DNA of 64,000 nt. Source: Clostridiaceae bacterium. GTDB lineage: Bacteria > Bacillota > Clostridia > DUPQ01. Location of the stretch: assembly GCA_012838235.1 (NCBI GenBank), contig DUPQ01000074.1:26709-90708 (forward strand). Direction: 5' to 3'. The translations under genes were made by a program, and so were the position numbers. The notes beneath the pieces were generated by a model that made no database searches, had not been told where the DNA came from, and worked only from the letters and a program-made list of their open reading frames with translations. Numbering within the stretch: position 1 is the first letter of the stretch; each line of letters starts with the position of its first letter. Of this stretch, positions 9,087-17,874 are shown piece by piece.

Positions 9087-9761
9087 CTAAAGTTTGTCTT
9101 TCTTATACAATATCCTTGCGGCTATTATCGCAATAATTGCTCCTACAGGTACCAGTACACCTACATAACCGGATAAATCGATAGGCGAGATAATGAACAG
9201 AGCCAGCATGAATAACAGAGGTGCTAGGCCTATTTTCCAGTTTTTAGATATATATACTACTCCTAATCCTCCGAATAAAGCGGGAAGTATATTGGCAAAT
9301 GCCGGTTTTAATGCTTCCGATTCCAATAGCGGTCTTATTGCGGTAAGTCCCAATACCCCGATAGCAATAATGACTATGGTTACTATGCTGGATACGGCTA
9401 TGGCAATAGTGGAGATAACTTCTCCTTCGTCTGTTCCCGGTTTTACTTTGGATGCATTCATGGCATTCAAAGCGCACGGTGCCTTAAGATTGGAGATGTT
9501 TCCCGTTACAAAGGAAAGATAAGAGCCTCCCGAGCCCAGCATGGGGGTATATGTCAGAATTTCAATAACGCCCACTGTCCAGAAAATAGGGGCAACTCCG
9601 GCAAGAGCTTTGAAGAGAGGACCGGCAGACGGCCATGCGTTGTATATAACACATATAGCTGTCGGGAACAGTGTGAAAAGAGCTAAAGCTCCCAACATCC
9701 AGATTCTTCCGTGGAAATGTATTTGATCATCATAAGATTTTGTTGTTTTATTCTTTTTCAT
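9087..9761 (-). CDS. Polytopic membrane protein, unknown function
   Basis: 224 aa and strongly hydrophobic throughout. A 10-nt gap to the downstream M20 gene suggests an operon. Confidence 0.6.
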   Translation of the reverse strand: MKKNKTTKSYDDQIHFHGRIWMLGALALFTLFPTAICVIYNAWPSAGPLFKALAGVAPIFWTVGVIEILTYTPMLGSGGSYLSFVTGNISNLKAPCALNAMNASKVKPGTDEGEVISTIAIAVSSIVTIVIIAIGVLGLTAIRPLLESEALKPAFANILPALFGGLGVVYISKNWKIGLAPLLFMLALFIISPIDLSGYVGVLVPVGAIIAIIAARILYKKDKL

Positions 9762-9770
9762 GTCCGCCTC

Positions 9771-10505
9771 CTAAATTAAACTTTCTATCAGATTGGTAAT
9801 GGGAATGGAAAGAGCCATTGCGACAAGCATGGTTATCGGAAGAGCGAAATCTTCCAGCCACTTTATCTTGAATTTCTTAACCAGTATACCCAGAACCGAC
9901 ATAATCAATGCCGAAACAATCATTACGAATACCGGTATCCATCCAATAAGTCCGGATTTTATGTCGGCAAAGATAAGTCCTAAAAACGCCGATATCATAC
10001 CTAAAAACAGTGCAGTAAGAAAAGCATCACTCCATTTTTCATCCCGTTCTTTTATCTTTATAAGGCCTCTTTGAATTTTCTTAAGGAACAAGGGGACAAG
10101 AATAAGTCCGGTGAATATTCCCAAGTGCATTACCCATGCCATTGTGGCAAAAACTTTAGGATCGGTAACCAAAGTGGACAGGTCGGTGATGCCCAACGAT
10201 TTGGCTGCGGAAGTTGCCGCGGTAACTTCGTATGTAAGTGCTCCCAGAATGGATAAACGCAACCATGGAAAGGGCAGTCCTAAAAAGCCCGCCATAGTCA
10301 GCACACCCATAAGTATGGATATCGCCGGTGCAATAGTGAAGATTGCACTGGATAGAATGGTCTTTTTTACCGTTGATGAGCTTATATTCAACTCTTTAGC
10401 CCTTTTAATAGCTTTTACAAGGAAAAAGACCGCCTGAGCGGTAACATAAAGTAAGACTATTGCTACCATTATGTACATTAATTTGGAATTAGGGTCAAAT
10501 GTCAT
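9771..10505 (-). CDS. Polytopic membrane protein, unknown function
   Basis: 244 aa with multiple hydrophobic helices. A 9-nt gap to the next gene. GGAGG SD upstream. Confidence 0.6.
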   Translation of the reverse strand: MTFDPNSKLMYIMVAIVLLYVTAQAVFFLVKAIKRAKELNISSSTVKKTILSSAIFTIAPAISILMGVLTMAGFLGLPFPWLRLSILGALTYEVTAATSAAKSLGITDLSTLVTDPKVFATMAWVMHLGIFTGLILVPLFLKKIQRGLIKIKERDEKWSDAFLTALFLGMISAFLGLIFADIKSGLIGWIPVFVMIVSALIMSVLGILVKKFKIKWLEDFALPITMLVAMALSIPITNLIESLI

Positions 10506-10683
10506 ATTTACCTCCCGTTATTAATATTTACTACAGATTTATGTCAATTATACACTTATTAATGTTTCTTGAGTAGGTAAAATATATATTTTTATCCGAA
10601 TTTTACTTTTTTTCCGATTTTCTCTTATTTTTATTACATTTCAAAGCATTACACATTTTATAGGGGTAATTCATATAGAAATA

Positions 10684-10706
10684 ATATTTACAGTTTCTGT
10701 AAATAT
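10684..10706. promoter_or_regulatory. Perfect 10-3-10 palindrome ATATTTACAG-TTT-CTGTAAATAT upstream of the Tad-like operon
   Basis: Read directly. TACAGTTT recurs at 10706. The palindrome lies about 30-50 bp upstream of the first Tad-like ORF. Confidence 0.3.
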
Positions 10707-10733
10707 ACAGTTTTGTCTGTGTAATAATACCGG

Positions 10734-10979
10734 ATGAAATATTATCATCGTACCATGGGATATTTATACGGTAAAAAAGAAAGAAAAGGCAGTGCGGCGG
10801 CGGAAGCGGCAATAGTTCTTCCTCTCATTCTTATGCTGGTTATTTCCGTAATGATGATGATTGTGAAGATAAGTTGCGAGGAGATTGAGTATACGGAATA
10901 TGACCTGACTTCCGAGATAAGAACATATGACGGTATAAAGCGTAAGGGGGATATTATATTTGAAACCTTCTTCAAATAG
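10734..10979 (+). CDS. TadE-like pseudopilin-type protein (small)
   Basis: N-terminus ERKGSAAAEAAIVLPLILMLVISV matches the TadE/TadG signature (G-x4-E followed by a hydrophobic helix). The start is uncertain (10734 or 10755) and there is no clear SD. Confidence 0.55.
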   Translation: MKYYHRTMGYLYGKKERKGSAAAEAAIVLPLILMLVISVMMMIVKISCEEIEYTEYDLTSEIRTYDGIKRKGDIIFETFFK

Positions 10980-12942
10980 AAAAAAAGGAGTGATAACGGC
11001 ATTTGTGGCGGTTATAACGCCGGTGCTGATACTGTTGGTATTGGTGCTATCCGATATATATCTTGCCAAAAATGCACTGAATGCGGCGAAAAATGCCGCT
11101 AAAGCATCCTTAGGATGTGTATTGAGTCAATACAGCACATACATGAAGGAGCGGTATTCACTATACGGCTATGAGATGAGCGACCGGGAGGCTGCTTTAC
11201 GTATAACCGAGGCACTGAATAACTCTTCGATAAGCAGAGGGCTTTTTGAAATGGAAATAGTGAATGTGGAAGTAGAGAGAAACAAACCTCTGACAAGTTA
11301 TCCGGTCATATCCGCTCAGATAAACCGCCTTATGAGCGATGAAATATTCAGAACCGTTTTAGCCGAGACAAACGAAAGAATTGAAATGTTTTCCAAGATT
11401 AAGGATGTTATCAGGACTCTTAATGTGAAGATGCAGATAGACGAATTGATAGGCGGATTGAAAAACGCTCATACTTTGTTGAAAGAAACGGTTGAAGAGA
11501 TAAATTCCAGTCAATATTATCATGACCTGATGGAGATTATACGTTACGCGGATTCGTTGTACGGCGAGATGCTTTCCTATATGAAAAGCGGAGATAAGGA
11601 GCAGACGGATACGGCTCAGGTGCTGAAAAAACAGGTAACGGATATTTTGAAAACCAATGTGGATAATATTATATATGTTCTGAAAGAGTACAATAAAAAA
11701 GCCGTTAACCTGTTGAATGAAATGATTAACACCTATGCGGATATACACATACTGTCGGAAAATCTGAAAGGTATAGTGGACGGTATTGAAGATTGTCCCG
11801 AACAGTTAAAGGCCGTATTGAAGATATGTGCAGATACCGTTTATAAAATGGAAACTTCCTTATCGGTGTCGGTTTTGCAAAACATCAAAGCGGTATTGGA
11901 CAGAAATGTTGACTGTCTGGAACAGACCATGAAGCATATGCTGGATACTGTAAGTGAAGAAAAGGATGTTTCTCTATATGATGTTTTTTGTGACGGTTTT
12001 GAAATGTACTATGATGCTGTATATAACGGGGATGTTCTGGACGGGTTTTTTGCATCGGTCATTGATGATATAGTTAAAGATCAGCGGTCCCTGTTAAAAA
12101 AAATGGCGGATGAAGTACTGGAATCAATCATAATAGAAGACATAAGGATAGATGATTTTATCAATCTGGTATCGGAAGGTTATGAGGATACATATATTTT
12201 CCAAGCCGATGCCACCGGCAACACCTCAAAAAGCATATCCGAATCTTTCACGGATTTATCCGAGATGCTGTCTCAAATTAAAGAAGATATCATGATTAAC
12301 GAATACATAATGCTGTATATGAACGGTTTTACGGATTCGGATACCGATCAAGGTGAGAACAGATATTTAGATGGCGAAATTGAGTATATCATTTTCGGAA
12401 ACAGAGACAACAGAAAGAATGTTCAATCGTGCAAAGCGTCTCTTATGGCATTGAGATTTGCTTGTAACGCCATTCATGTCTATACCGATTTGCCTAAGAC
12501 TACCAAAGCCGATGCATTGGCGGCATGTCTTGCTGGCAGCTGGACTTTCGGTGCGGCAGCACCCATAGCCAAGAATCTTATCTTATGTTCCTGGGCTATA
12601 GCGGAATCGGCATACGATACCGAGGCTCTTTGCAGAGGAGCGAAGTGTCCGGTAATCAAGATGGACGGTGACTGGAATCTGGATATAGGTCTGGAAAAGG
12701 GTTTAAGTAAAACACCCGACTGGCTGAAAACTGATTATGATGACTATTTACGGCTTCTTTTATGCACAAAAAGCAATAATGTCAAGGTCTTAAGGCTGCT
12801 GGATCTGATTGCTCTCAATTCACCGGACAATATGGACATGTCTTCGGTGTGCTGCGGCATCAAGGTGGGAGTAACTTTAAAGTTCAAAGGTCTTTTGGGT
12901 ACCGAAAGGAGTTTTTATGTTGAAGCGGAAGACTCATACTGA
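10960..12942 (+). CDS. Large TadG-like N-terminal-anchor protein, 660 aa
   Basis: KKGVITAFVAVITPVLILLVLVLSDIYLAKNALNAAKNAAKA resembles the Tad (TadE/G-like) N-terminal domain. TTG start is preceded by AAGGGGGA. It overlaps the upstream ORF by 20 nt. Confidence 0.6.
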   Translation: MKPSSNRKKGVITAFVAVITPVLILLVLVLSDIYLAKNALNAAKNAAKASLGCVLSQYSTYMKERYSLYGYEMSDREAALRITEALNNSSISRGLFEMEIVNVEVERNKPLTSYPVISAQINRLMSDEIFRTVLAETNERIEMFSKIKDVIRTLNVKMQIDELIGGLKNAHTLLKETVEEINSSQYYHDLMEIIRYADSLYGEMLSYMKSGDKEQTDTAQVLKKQVTDILKTNVDNIIYVLKEYNKKAVNLLNEMINTYADIHILSENLKGIVDGIEDCPEQLKAVLKICADTVYKMETSLSVSVLQNIKAVLDRNVDCLEQTMKHMLDTVSEEKDVSLYDVFCDGFEMYYDAVYNGDVLDGFFASVIDDIVKDQRSLLKKMADEVLESIIIEDIRIDDFINLVSEGYEDTYIFQADATGNTSKSISESFTDLSEMLSQIKEDIMINEYIMLYMNGFTDSDTDQGENRYLDGEIEYIIFGNRDNRKNVQSCKASLMALRFACNAIHVYTDLPKTTKADALAACLAGSWTFGAAAPIAKNLILCSWAIAESAYDTEALCRGAKCPVIKMDGDWNLDIGLEKGLSKTPDWLKTDYDDYLRLLLCTKSNNVKVLRLLDLIALNSPDNMDMSSVCCGIKVGVTLKFKGLLGTERSFYVEAEDSY

Positions 12943-13687
12943 GGGCAGAATAACGGCGGAAAGCTGTATATGTTGCTTTGTGCTCATATTTGTACTGTTG
13001 TTGAGCATACAACTGAACGGATATATAAAGGCACATTCCGATTTACTGTCCGAACTGGACAGGCGACTTGTCAATGGAGCCGTCGCATACCATGCATCGG
13101 GAATATATCTTGTGGATGTTATTACGCAACCGGAGGAGACGGATATAAACAATGCAATATTCTTTGCGGTTCCGTATGATGACTTCTTTACTCTCTCGGT
13201 CTTTGCCGATTACAGCGGGATATTGAAGAAAAACAGAGTTTATGTTCGTTCGGTATCATCTAAATGGGCGGGAGACGGTAAAGGGGTTGTTAAAGAAAAT
13301 ATCTGGGAATTGGACCCTTTGGAACGAGGTCAGGTAATACATAAAATGATGGGAGCCAATCTGGATCATAATTTTCCGACTCTGGATATATATGACGGTT
13401 ATACAAAAGAGGCGGTATCTATCGTAAGTATAAATACGCAGGAAGACAGCTATAAGTCCGGTACCGAACTGAAGAGAAAAATAAAAAAGCATATCGATTC
13501 CATGGATAAGTTTACCTACGGAGAATACAAAGGTTATTCGGTCAGCGGAGAGGATATAAGGGAGAAAACCGTGTTGGTGGTCATTCCCAATGCCAAACTC
13601 ACCGGCCATCAGACCAAGCAGATAAACGATATGTTTAAATATGCAAAAAAAGCGGGTATAAATCTCGAAATCAAGAAATTTCAGTAG
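12917..13687 (+). CDS. TadE-like N-terminal anchor protein with a C-terminal globular domain of unknown function
   Basis: EGRITAESCICCFVLIFVLLLS N-terminus. AAAGGAG SD. It overlaps the upstream ORF by 26 nt. Confidence 0.5.
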   Translation: MLKRKTHTEGRITAESCICCFVLIFVLLLSIQLNGYIKAHSDLLSELDRRLVNGAVAYHASGIYLVDVITQPEETDINNAIFFAVPYDDFFTLSVFADYSGILKKNRVYVRSVSSKWAGDGKGVVKENIWELDPLERGQVIHKMMGANLDHNFPTLDIYDGYTKEAVSIVSINTQEDSYKSGTELKRKIKKHIDSMDKFTYGEYKGYSVSGEDIREKTVLVVIPNAKLTGHQTKQINDMFKYAKKAGINLEIKKFQ

Positions 13688-13737
13688 TTACAATTGTAAA
13701 ATAGTTTCAGGTTATATATAATCAATCCGGGTAGGTA

Positions 13738-15036
13738 ATGGACTTGAAATATCAGCTTGTGCTTGCCGGAGGCGGAGCCAGAGGTTCCTACCAGATAGGT
13801 GTATGGAAAGCTCTGAGAGAACTGAATATAGAGGTTGACATGGTCATAGGTACTTCCGTGGGCTCTATAAACGGGGCGGCTTTTGTCTGCGGTGCATTTG
13901 AGCAGGCGGAATACCTATGGAAGACATTGGATATGCCCACTCTCTTTGATATTACCTATGACAAAGAAGACGGAGAGCCGGGTTCTGTCGAGTATATCGA
14001 ATCCATACTTAAGAATAAAGGGCTGGATACATCCACATTGAAAGGCTATCTGGAGCAGGTAATAGATGAAGAGGTCTTACGTAATTCACCTGTTGATTAT
14101 GCATTGGTAACAGTTTCCTTAACAAAGATGAAACCCGTCATACTGTTTAAAAAAGATATTCCTGAGGGTAAAGTAGTGGATTTCATACTTGCAAGTTCCG
14201 CCGTTCCCGGATTTAAAAAGCAGGAAATAGACGGGGAACTTTATCTGGACGGAGGTTTCTACGATAATCTTCCTATAAATGTACTGATTGAGCACGGTTA
14301 TAAAAATATAATAGCGGTAAGCAATGCCGCCATAGGCGTATACAGGCGTGTTCAGCAATCGGATGCTAAGATATTGTATATAGAGAATCAGCAGATTGAG
14401 GGAGGTATATTGGAATTCGACCCCGAATTGGCAGCCCGAAATATGTTGCTGGGATATCTTGACGGCATGAAAGCATTCGGTAAGTTTATCGGAAAGAATT
14501 ACTATATTTCCGACAATGCAACTCATGACTATGCAAAACCTTTGACCGACAGAGAAATTGAAATGCTTTGTCTGAATGTTAAGAAAAGCAAAAGATTTGT
14601 AACGGAATCGGTGCTGCAGTTTTCTCTTTTAAGAACTTTAAGAAACAATACCGACGGTGTGCTTACCGCAAAAAGAGTGTTTTTCGCGGGAATGGAGATT
14701 ACCGCCAACATGTTCGGTATAGAGAAAATAAGGGCCTATACACCTGAACAGCTCATTACAAAGATAATGGCTGCATACCGTTCCGCTAAATCGGCTCACA
14801 GACAGATTATGAAAGAAAAGAATAACTTTTTTAAGAATCTGATAGATAAAATATGGGATAAAAACAGAATAAGGTTTAACGGAAAGGCTGCTAAAAAGCT
14901 TTATTTGGGACAGGTTCTGATTGATAAGGATAATCCTTCCATCAACCTGATTACAACCACAGAGCACCTTATAGCCAACCTTTTCATATACCTGATACTG
15001 TGGAGACGTAAGAAAATCAAGAAAGACAGGAGATAA
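13738..15036 (+). CDS. Patatin-like phospholipase with C-terminal extension and terminal TM helix
   Basis: GGGARG oxyanion motif, GTSVG (GxSxG) nucleophile, DGGFYDN catalytic Asp, and a C-terminal LIANLFIYLILW helix. Confidence 0.85.
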   Translation: MDLKYQLVLAGGGARGSYQIGVWKALRELNIEVDMVIGTSVGSINGAAFVCGAFEQAEYLWKTLDMPTLFDITYDKEDGEPGSVEYIESILKNKGLDTSTLKGYLEQVIDEEVLRNSPVDYALVTVSLTKMKPVILFKKDIPEGKVVDFILASSAVPGFKKQEIDGELYLDGGFYDNLPINVLIEHGYKNIIAVSNAAIGVYRRVQQSDAKILYIENQQIEGGILEFDPELAARNMLLGYLDGMKAFGKFIGKNYYISDNATHDYAKPLTDREIEMLCLNVKKSKRFVTESVLQFSLLRTLRNNTDGVLTAKRVFFAGMEITANMFGIEKIRAYTPEQLITKIMAAYRSAKSAHRQIMKEKNNFFKNLIDKIWDKNRIRFNGKAAKKLYLGQVLIDKDNPSINLITTTEHLIANLFIYLILWRRKKIKKDRR

Positions 15037-15038
15037 AA

Positions 15039-15827
15039 ATGGACGATACAATTAAGAATAAAGACGGTTTCATAATTGACATGGACGGTGTCTTATATCA
15101 CGGTAATAATTTATTGGACGGAGCGCTGGAATTCATTGATTGGTTGCAAAACAATAACAAAAAGTATTTATTTCTGACCAACAGTTCCGAACGTTCGCCG
15201 CGTGAACTTTCACAGAAACTTGCAAGAATGGGTATTGTTGTAGGTGACGAGCATTTTTACACTTCGGCAATCGCAACGGCACTTTTCCTTGCCTCACAGT
15301 CACCCAGATGTACGGCATATGTGATAGGAGAACCCGGGCTGATAAACGCTTTATACGAAGTGGGAATTACAATGAATGATGTAAGTCCTAAATATGTAAT
15401 AATAGGTGAGACCAGGTCTTATTCTTTTGAGAAAATAGAAAAAGCGGTGCAGTTGGTGCAAAGGGGAGCAAAACTTATAGGTACCAATCCCGACAGAACC
15501 GGTCCTACCGAAAAAGGAATAATGCCCGCAACCGGAGCGTTAGCGGTACCGATTGAGATAGCTACCGGGAAAAAAGCTTACTATATCGGAAAACCCAATC
15601 CGCTCATGATGAGGCATGCATTGAAGAAGCTGGGGACCGATGTAAAGAATACCATAATAATAGGTGATCGTATGGATACCGATATAGTTGCGGGTATAGA
15701 AAGTGAAATAGATACCATTCTGGTTTTAAGCGGAGTGACCAACCATCAGAATATTCAGAACTTTTCTTACAGACCGAAATATATCTATGACAACATAGGA
15801 GAAGTAATAAAAAAGAGTAAAATATAG
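15039..15827 (+). CDS. HAD-IIA family phosphatase (NagD/YutF-like)
   Basis: FIIDMDGVLYHG motif I, LTNSS motif II and IGDRMDTDI motif IV. Confidence 0.85.
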   Translation: MDDTIKNKDGFIIDMDGVLYHGNNLLDGALEFIDWLQNNNKKYLFLTNSSERSPRELSQKLARMGIVVGDEHFYTSAIATALFLASQSPRCTAYVIGEPGLINALYEVGITMNDVSPKYVIIGETRSYSFEKIEKAVQLVQRGAKLIGTNPDRTGPTEKGIMPATGALAVPIEIATGKKAYYIGKPNPLMMRHALKKLGTDVKNTIIIGDRMDTDIVAGIESEIDTILVLSGVTNHQNIQNFSYRPKYIYDNIGEVIKKSKI

Positions 15828-15916
15828 ACAAGTTTGCACATATTTCCGTATAACTGAAATACTTGTGACCGATATACCTTGCTGACAGAAATATAGTCAA
15901 AATATACAAGAAATGT

Positions 15917-15945
15917 TTGACAAAGTACTTGCTGTATGATATTGT
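15917..15945 (+). promoter_or_regulatory. Putative sigmaA promoter of rho
   Basis: TTGACA, 17-nt spacer, TGa-TATTGT. Confidence 0.45.
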
Positions 15946-16007
15946 TTGAATTCGGAAAGAACAAATCTATACTCTAAATATAAAAAAATACTTTAGTGAG
16001 GATATTA

Positions 16008-17567
16008 ATGAACGAGGTTGAGATTTTAAAGTCTAAATCCATTGCGGATTTGCGGGTTATTGCCAAGACGTTAGGCGTCAAGAGCGTCACGGTTATGAAA
16101 AAGGCGGAATTGATTGAAAGGATTTTGGAGATAACCAAACAGGAGCAACCGGATATTGAGAAGGAGCAACCGAAAGAAGAAGTTGCTGTCTCCGAGGCGG
16201 CAAAAATACTTGAAGCCGTAACACAGGAAACTCCCAAGAAGCCCAGATATCTTTTGTCCAAGATGGCAAAAGAATCGGAAGTTGCAAAACCTGTGAAAGA
16301 GGAGAGAAAAACGAGGCATGTAATAAAGTCACATGACTCGGCTACTATTGTCCCTCCCGGACAGGCGCAGAGTACAAGTGTTCAGGAAACAGCCGATTCG
16401 CAGACAGACAGCGATTTATCTGAAGAATGCGAAGACGGTCAGTATGATCAGGTTTGCGGGGTGCTGGAAGTGCTGCCGGACGGATACGGCTTCTTACGTA
16501 CCGATAATTACTCATACGGTCCTAAAGATATATATGTAGCTCCCAATCAGATTCGCAAATACGGAGTTAAAACCGGCGATATGATTTTCGGTACCGGAAA
16601 ACCTAAAAAAGATAATGAGAAATTCCAGGCTCTTCAGAATGTAATAACCATTAATGACGAAGATCCGTCAAAAGTATTTACCAGAAAGTCTTTTGATACA
16701 CTCACCCCTATATTCCCGGAGGAGCGGCTTACTCTGGAGAATAATCCGAAAGACTATTCCACAAGAATAATCGACCTTATAGCTCCGATAGGAAAAGGAC
16801 AAAGAGGAATGATAGTATCTCCTCCCAAAGCCGGTAAAACCGTATTGTTGAAAAAGATAGCAAACAGCATTACTCTTAATCATCCCAACGTGGAACTTAT
16901 TGTTCTGCTGATAGATGAAAGACCTGAGGAAGTTACCGATATGCAGCGGTCGGTAAAAGGAGAGATTGTTTATTCCACATTTGATAAAGTTCCCGAAAAC
17001 CATGTCAAGGTATCGGAAATGGTTTTAGAAAGAGCTCAGAGGATGGTGGAACACGGAAAAGACGTGGTCATTCTTCTTGACAGTATAACAAGGCTTGCCA
17101 GAGCGCATAACCTTACAATGACACCTACGGGAAGAACTCTTTCCGGAGGACTGGATCCCGGAGCGCTTCATGCTCCTAAGAAATTCTTCGGTTCCGCAAG
17201 AAACATTGAATTCGGAGGAAGCCTTACTGTTATTGCAACCGCTCTTGTGGAAACGGGAAGCAGAATGGATGACGTTATTTATGAGGAGTTCAAGGGTACC
17301 GGTAATATGGAGTTACATCTGGACAGAAAGCTTGCCGAAAGAAGGATATTTCCCGCAATAGACATTAACAAGTCGGGAACCAGGAGAGAGGAACTGCTGC
17401 TGGGCAAGAAAGAACTGGAAAGTATTTGGACCATAAGGCGCGCCATGAGTAATATGGGTACTGCCGAAGTAACCGAATGGATGATAGATAAACTGATGAA
17501 GACCAGGAATAACGCGGAATTCGTCAGCAGCATTAATATAAAACAGACGGCTGTCATGGATTATTGA
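16008..17567 (+). CDS. rho: Transcription termination factor Rho with an N-terminal insertion domain
   Basis: Rho_N ([18 protein letters not shown]), a CSD-like RNA-binding domain ([14 protein letters not shown]), Walker A PPKAGKT and the C-terminal ATPase. GAGGA SD lies 5 nt before the ATG at 16008; the track's GTG at 15996 falls inside the SD. Confidence 0.95.
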   Translation: MNEVEILKSKSIADLRVIAKTLGVKSVTVMKKAELIERILEITKQEQPDIEKEQPKEEVAVSEAAKILEAVTQETPKKPRYLLSKMAKESEVAKPVKEERKTRHVIKSHDSATIVPPGQAQSTSVQETADSQTDSDLSEECEDGQYDQVCGVLEVLPDGYGFLRTDNYSYGPKDIYVAPNQIRKYGVKTGDMIFGTGKPKKDNEKFQALQNVITINDEDPSKVFTRKSFDTLTPIFPEERLTLENNPKDYSTRIIDLIAPIGKGQRGMIVSPPKAGKTVLLKKIANSITLNHPNVELIVLLIDERPEEVTDMQRSVKGEIVYSTFDKVPENHVKVSEMVLERAQRMVEHGKDVVILLDSITRLARAHNLTMTPTGRTLSGGLDPGALHAPKKFFGSARNIEFGGSLTVIATALVETGSRMDDVIYEEFKGTGNMELHLDRKLAERRIFPAIDINKSGTRREELLLGKKELESIWTIRRAMSNMGTAEVTEWMIDKLMKTRNNAEFVSSINIKQTAVMDY

Positions 17568-17579
17568 TTGAAATCAGGT
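17566..17579. repeat. Left copy of the 14-bp direct repeat GATTGAAATCAGGT flanking the IS
   Basis: Exact match to 19284-19297. It overlaps the rho stop codon (17565-17567). Confidence 0.85.
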
Positions 17580-17580
17580 G

Positions 17581-17610
17581 GTAAATTGAAAAAGTAAATT
17601 CCAGTACTAA
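17581..17610. repeat. IS terminal inverted repeat (left)
   Basis: GTAAATTGAAAAAGTAAATTCCAGTACTAA is the exact reverse complement of 19254-19283. Confidence 0.9.
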
Positions 17611-17874
17611 AGAGAAAAAATTTTTTGCACAAGAAAATTCCATAAATATGGACAGAATTTCTTCTTTGGAGTAAAAAAGGTATTGTTTTTTTAGTGAAAA
17701 GAGAATATATTATCTTTGCCTGAACAAAAGAAAGGCATGATGAAATTGAGGCCGGTTTAATCATTTGCAAAAAATTGCACAATTAAAGTCCGGTCTGTAA
17801 AATGCTAATTTTTATGTTTGAAGGTAGCTCGTTTTATCCCGTTTTACGGGAAGGTTAAATGTCCAAGAGGCTCC

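Noticed and set aside
12917-13687. C-terminal domain of the 256-aa Tad-like protein as a restriction-endonuclease-fold toxin domain
   Set aside because: The segment NFPTLDIYDG...EAVSIVSINT is only superficially reminiscent of D...(D/E)xK nuclease-type polymorphic toxin domains, and I cannot identify an ExK-type catalytic triad by eye. The idea is unsupported without a profile search.
13738-15036. Patatin lipase as a CBASS (CapV-like) effector
   Set aside because: There is no CD-NTase/cyclase, no ubiquitin-like ancillary gene and no SAVED/STING-type sensor nearby. The neighbours are Tad-like and HAD genes.
15996-16007. GTG start for rho at 15996
   Set aside because: The GTG is part of the GTGAGGA Shine-Dalgarno sequence for the ATG at 16008.
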